This document shows positions 16,697-20,000 of a stretch of DNA of 20,000 bases, one piece after another. The stretch lies in sequence record SRR31156797_1360. The stretch is one strand, 5' to 3'. Both the position numbers and the translations under genes were made by a program. Below the pieces are notes generated by a model. It was not told the origin of the DNA. It searched no databases and saw only the letters and a program-made list of their open reading frames with translations. Positions within the stretch are counted from its first letter, which is position 1; each line of letters begins with the position of its first letter.

Positions 16697-17722
16697 ATGA
16701 ATAAAAAACTCGGGTTTTTAATTGCCTTTTTGGTATATGTTATTGCGATTTTAGCGATTCATTGGTTCGAAAGTCAATCGGCAGAATCCAATATCAAAAC
16801 CATTGGTGATGCCTTTTGGTATGCTATTGTAACACTTACTACGGTTGGCTATGGTGATTTTTATCCAGTGACTTTACCAGGGAAAATTATCGGTTTAATT
16901 GTAATTATTGGTAGTCTAGGAATTTTAGGATTTATTATTGGAGAAGTAACGGTAAGATTCAATCAGTATATGGAAAAGAAAAAAAGTGGTTTTTGGGGAA
17001 CCGATTTTGACAATCATTATGTGATTATTGGTTGGAATGAATTCGGACAGAAAGTGGCAAATCAAATTATTCATGCAGGACAAAAGGTTGCATTTGTAAC
17101 CAATTCAAAAGCCGATTTAGATTTGATTACGGATTTGTATTCTTCAAAAGATGTCTTCTGTTTATTTGCCGATTACTCTAATATTGATGCCTACACTAAA
17201 ATCAATATCGAGAGCTCGAAACGAGTATTTGTAAATTTTGTTGAGGATTCGGAAACTCTGGTTTTTGTAATCAATTTAAAAAAGCAATATCCTACTGCAA
17301 ATGTTGTGGTAACCTGCACTAACCCAAGTTTGAAAGAGACTTTCCTAAATGCAGGAATCGATCATGTGATTGCTCAAAACGAGGTGGCTTCTAAATTGGT
17401 TGCTTCCTATTTATTTGAACCTCATGTTGCAACCTATACCGAAGATTTAATAGCTACAAGTGTTGCAGAAGAAGATTCTGATATTCAGCAATATTTAATT
17501 ACAGAAGAATGTGATTTTTCAGGTTCTGACTACATGAATGCTTTTATGAAACTGAAATTGGATTACAATTCCATTTTGATTGGTTTGGTGAAGGATGATA
17601 AAATCATTAAAAATCCGGTAAAAGGAACGACGATAAATGCCGGAAATTATTTAATACTAATTTCTACAGGAGACAGCAAGCAAGGTCTTGAGAACTTTTT
17701 TGGAGTTAAAGAAGGAGAATAG
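16697..17722 (+). CDS. 2-TM potassium channel with a C-terminal RCK (TrkA-N/C-like) gating domain
   Basis: Pore helix and filter DAFWYAIVTLTTVGYGDFYP (TVGYG at 16841-16855), TM2, then Rossmann-like HYVIIGWNEFG and AGIDHVI. Confidence 0.95.
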   Translation: MNKKLGFLIAFLVYVIAILAIHWFESQSAESNIKTIGDAFWYAIVTLTTVGYGDFYPVTLPGKIIGLIVIIGSLGILGFIIGEVTVRFNQYMEKKKSGFWGTDFDNHYVIIGWNEFGQKVANQIIHAGQKVAFVTNSKADLDLITDLYSSKDVFCLFADYSNIDAYTKINIESSKRVFVNFVEDSETLVFVINLKKQYPTANVVVTCTNPSLKETFLNAGIDHVIAQNEVASKLVASYLFEPHVATYTEDLIATSVAEEDSDIQQYLITEECDFSGSDYMNAFMKLKLDYNSILIGLVKDDKIIKNPVKGTTINAGNYLILISTGDSKQGLENFFGVKEGE

Positions 17723-17780
17723 TATTGATTTCAATGTATTAAATACTGTCACTATTCACCAGTATAAGTATTAATGCTTC

Positions 17781-17853
17781 CACAGCCTAAGTGTTGACAG
17801 TGTCATAGCTTAAGTGTGAAGACTGTCATAGCCTAAGGGCGAACAGTCTCATA
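17781..17853. repeat. 23-bp quasi-palindromic tandem repeat (3 copies plus a partial copy, with a degenerate copy upstream)
   Basis: CACAGCCTAAGTGTTGACAGTGT / CATAGCTTAAGTGTGAAGACTGT / CATAGCCTAAGGGCGAACAGTCT / CATA, head-to-tail with no spacers. Confidence 0.8.
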
Positions 17854-17878
17854 TTATAAATTGGCGTATTTCAGAAAT

Positions 17879-18337
17879 TTACTCCGGATTGTATCCCACA
17901 TCATCCGGAAGGTTGGGTGCCTGCGAAGCCATAACTGCAAGTTCATCTGCTCGTTCGTTGCCTGGAATATTCGAATGACCTTTCACCCACACAAATTTCA
18001 CATTGTGTTTCTTATAGATCTCAAGAAAACGCATCCATAAATCAGCATTTTTCTTTCCTTTAAAACGTTTTTTCACCCAACCGAATACCCACTTTTTATC
18101 TACTGAATCTATCACGTATTTTGAATCAGAATAAATCGTAACATCGCAGCCAGGATTTTTTAGGCTTTCCAAACCCACGATAACAGCCAGTAATTCCATT
18201 CTGTTATTGGTAGTAAGTTTATAACCCTGGTTTAAATCTTTACGGTGTTTCCCCGATATTAAAACAACTCCATATCCTCCCGGTCCGGGATTTCCACTTG
18301 CTGCACCATCCGTAAACATTGTAATTTTTGCTGACAT
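17879..18337 (-). CDS. rnhA: Ribonuclease HI
   Basis: FTDGAASGNPGPGGYG, TTNNRMELLA, YSDSKYV, KNADLW, WVKGH, NERADELA. All catalytic acidic residues are present. Confidence 0.98.
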   Translation of the reverse strand: MSAKITMFTDGAASGNPGPGGYGVVLISGKHRKDLNQGYKLTTNNRMELLAVIVGLESLKNPGCDVTIYSDSKYVIDSVDKKWVFGWVKKRFKGKKNADLWMRFLEIYKKHNVKFVWVKGHSNIPGNERADELAVMASQAPNLPDDVGYNPE

Positions 18338-18362
18338 CTTTGTTGGTTTGGGATTTCTAAAT

Positions 18363-18370
18363 CAAAAGTA
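18363..18370 (-). promoter_or_regulatory. Candidate Bacteroidota sigma70 -7 box (TACTTTTG) for rnhA
   Basis: Exact TAnnTTTG match 25 nt upstream of the rnhA ATG and downstream of the preceding terminator. Confidence 0.55.
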
Positions 18371-18408
18371 AGAAAATTTACCTTCCATTTCTCGATTTGC
18401 AAACATAG

Positions 18409-18441
18409 AAAAAGGATGCCCGAAAATTCGAACATCCTTTT
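18409..18441 (-). terminator. Intrinsic terminator of the S46 peptidase gene
   Basis: Minus strand reads AAAAGGATGTTCGAA-TT-TTCGGGCATCC-TTTTT. The two plus-strand mismatches become G-U pairs only on the minus strand, which fixes the orientation. Confidence 0.82.
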
Positions 18442-18463
18442 GATTTATTTTGTGAGTGGTTAA

Positions 18464-20000
18464 TTACTTCACAATAGTTAATTCGTCGATGATGTTTTGA
18501 GCACCTGCAAACTTATCGATGATGAAAAGTGTGTAACGAATATCAAGGTTGATACATCTTTGTAGGTTTTCTTCAAAATCGATATCACCAGACATCGCTT
18601 CAGAGTTACCGTCGAAAGCTGTACCAATTAACTCACCATTACCGTTGATTACAGGAGAACCTGAGTTACCACCAGTAATGTCGTTGTTTGTAAGGAAACA
18701 AGCTGGTAAGTGACCATTCTTGTCAGCATACATACCGAAGTCTTTCTTTTCGTACAATTCCTTCAATTTAGCAGGAACAACGAATTCAGGATTTGTTGGA
18801 TCTTCCTTCTCCATTACACCTTTTAAGGTAGTGTAGTGGTAGTAGTAAGCACCATCTTTAGGAGCATATCCACCAACAGTTCCGTAAGTTAAACGAAGGG
18901 TTGAATTGGCATCTGGAGCAAGATTTTTCTCTTTGTTGATTTGCAATAAACCATCAACGAATAAACGCATACCTTTATTTAACTCATCAGCACCTGCACT
19001 CATTTTTTCGTAGCTTGCGCCATAAGATTTTCTTACAGAAAGACCAATATTTAGAAGTAAATCATTTTCTAATACAGTCAATTCAGGCGCTTCAATAAAT
19101 TTGTTGAATTTCTCCTCAGATGCGAACACTGAATTTGCATAAACTTCTTCAGCAAACTTATCAAAGTCATTGTTGTATTCTTCAGCAATAGTTTTGAAGA
19201 TTTCAGGACTTTCTTCTACAGCAATTTTATCAGCATACATTTTATACAATCCAGCCATTAACTTTTGATCGGTTGGAGCATTGTAATCTTTATAGAATCT
19301 TTTTGCAGATGCTTTTAGTTTGGTAATTGCTTTTTCAATTGCTACGGTATCTTGCTTTTCTGCGGCTAATAATTTTTTCAAACTCTTAGCTCTTGAAGCA
19401 AACATAGGAGCTTCAGCACCTTGTGCAAGTGCTTCACCAATGTATGAACTTGCAAATCTCGCATCTTTTCTGTCTGCGTAAGATTTTTTAATCATATTTA
19501 AAGCCTCAGCATATTTTGCTGCACGTTTTGGCTTCTCATTAGCCCAATCAAGAAATTCTTTTTCAATATCCTCTTTGGCACCTTTTGTATTTAATTTTTT
19601 TAATGCTTTGTTCTGCTCGTTAGAGTATTTCCAGTAGTTAGCACTTCCTGCATGCTTCGAAGCATACTGAATTCTAACCTTAGGATCTTTAAGCATATCT
19701 TTCTTCATGATATCCAACTTTAAAGTACGAATGTCGTAACGATTTTGGTTGGTAATTTTCATTGTTTCATCAAGACCATAAGAAGTTAGGTAACGATTTG
19801 TAGTTCCAGGGAAACCCATAATCATTGCGAAGTCTTGTTCTTCAACACCTTTTACAGATATAGGTAGGTGATGCTTAGGCTTCAATGGTACGTTTTCTTC
19901 TGCATAAGCAGCAGGCTTTCCATCAGGAGCAGTATAAATTCTGAACATTGAAAAGTCAGCAGTGTGACGAGGCCACATCCAGTTGTCGGTATCGCCACCA
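18464..20000 (-). CDS. Peptidase S46 family dipeptidyl peptidase, DPP7-like; 5' end lies beyond the right edge
   Basis: The frame stays open to the window edge (GGDTDNWMWPRHTADFS, containing the catalytic Asp), so the Met at 19978 is internal. Other motifs: GFPGTTNRY, PDANSTLRLTYG, catalytic Ser motif DITGGNSGSPV, and AFDGN. Confidence 0.95.
   Translation of the reverse strand, partial: GGDTDNWMWPRHTADFSMFRIYTAPDGKPAAYAEENVPLKPKHHLPISVKGVEEQDFAMIMGFPGTTNRYLTSYGLDETMKITNQNRYDIRTLKLDIMKKDMLKDPKVRIQYASKHAGSANYWKYSNEQNKALKKLNTKGAKEDIEKEFLDWANEKPKRAAKYAEALNMIKKSYADRKDARFASSYIGEALAQGAEAPMFASRAKSLKKLLAAEKQDTVAIEKAITKLKASAKRFYKDYNAPTDQKLMAGLYKMYADKIAVEESPEIFKTIAEEYNNDFDKFAEEVYANSVFASEEKFNKFIEAPELTVLENDLLLNIGLSVRKSYGASYEKMSAGADELNKGMRLFVDGLLQINKEKNLAPDANSTLRLTYGTVGGYAPKDGAYYYHYTTLKGVMEKEDPTNPEFVVPAKLKELYEKKDFGMYADKNGHLPACFLTNNDITGGNSGSPVINGNGELIGTAFDGNSEAMSGDIDFEENLQRCINLDIRYTLFIIDKFAGAQNIIDELTIVK

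Noticed and set aside
17781-17853. 23-bp repeats as a mini CRISPR array
   Set aside because: The units are directly head-to-tail with no unique spacers, they are degenerate, and no cas genes are in the window.
17879-18337. RNase H as part of a retroelement or defence system linked to the operon
   Set aside because: It is a canonical stand-alone RnhA on the opposite strand with its own promoter-like box, and no reverse transcriptase is nearby.

Overview
AT-rich bacterial chromosomal window, most likely Bacteroidota, judged from TAnnTTTG-type -7 promoter boxes, A-rich leaders without Shine-Dalgarno sites, TPR-LytS kinases and an S46 peptidase. Left to right it holds: two tandem paralogous TPR/LytS-type sensor kinases (the first runs off the left edge and is absent from the ORF track); a FadL/OmpP1 outer-membrane channel; a divergent Fic-family protein whose catalytic His is replaced by Leu; sucD-sucC; a membrane-anchored AraC regulator followed by an acyltransferase-3 gene; and an 8-gene co-oriented cluster at 11175-17722. 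That cluster encodes a YbjN/CesT-like protein, PspA/IM30, a DUF4178-like protein, a membrane-anchored protein with a Y/G- and S/R-rich tail ending SGGFGK, an internally repeated DUF350 protein, a membrane-fused aminopropyltransferase, a pyruvoyl AdoMetDC-family decarboxylase and a GYG K+ channel with an RCK domain. After it come a quasi-palindromic 23-bp tandem repeat, rnhA and a DPP7-like S46 peptidase that runs off the right edge. The best candidate for an uncharacterised system is the PspA-polyamine-K+ channel operon, followed by the apparently inactivated Fic protein. No rRNA, tRNA, CRISPR array or transposase was recognised. Family assignments come from motif recognition by eye, not from database searches.
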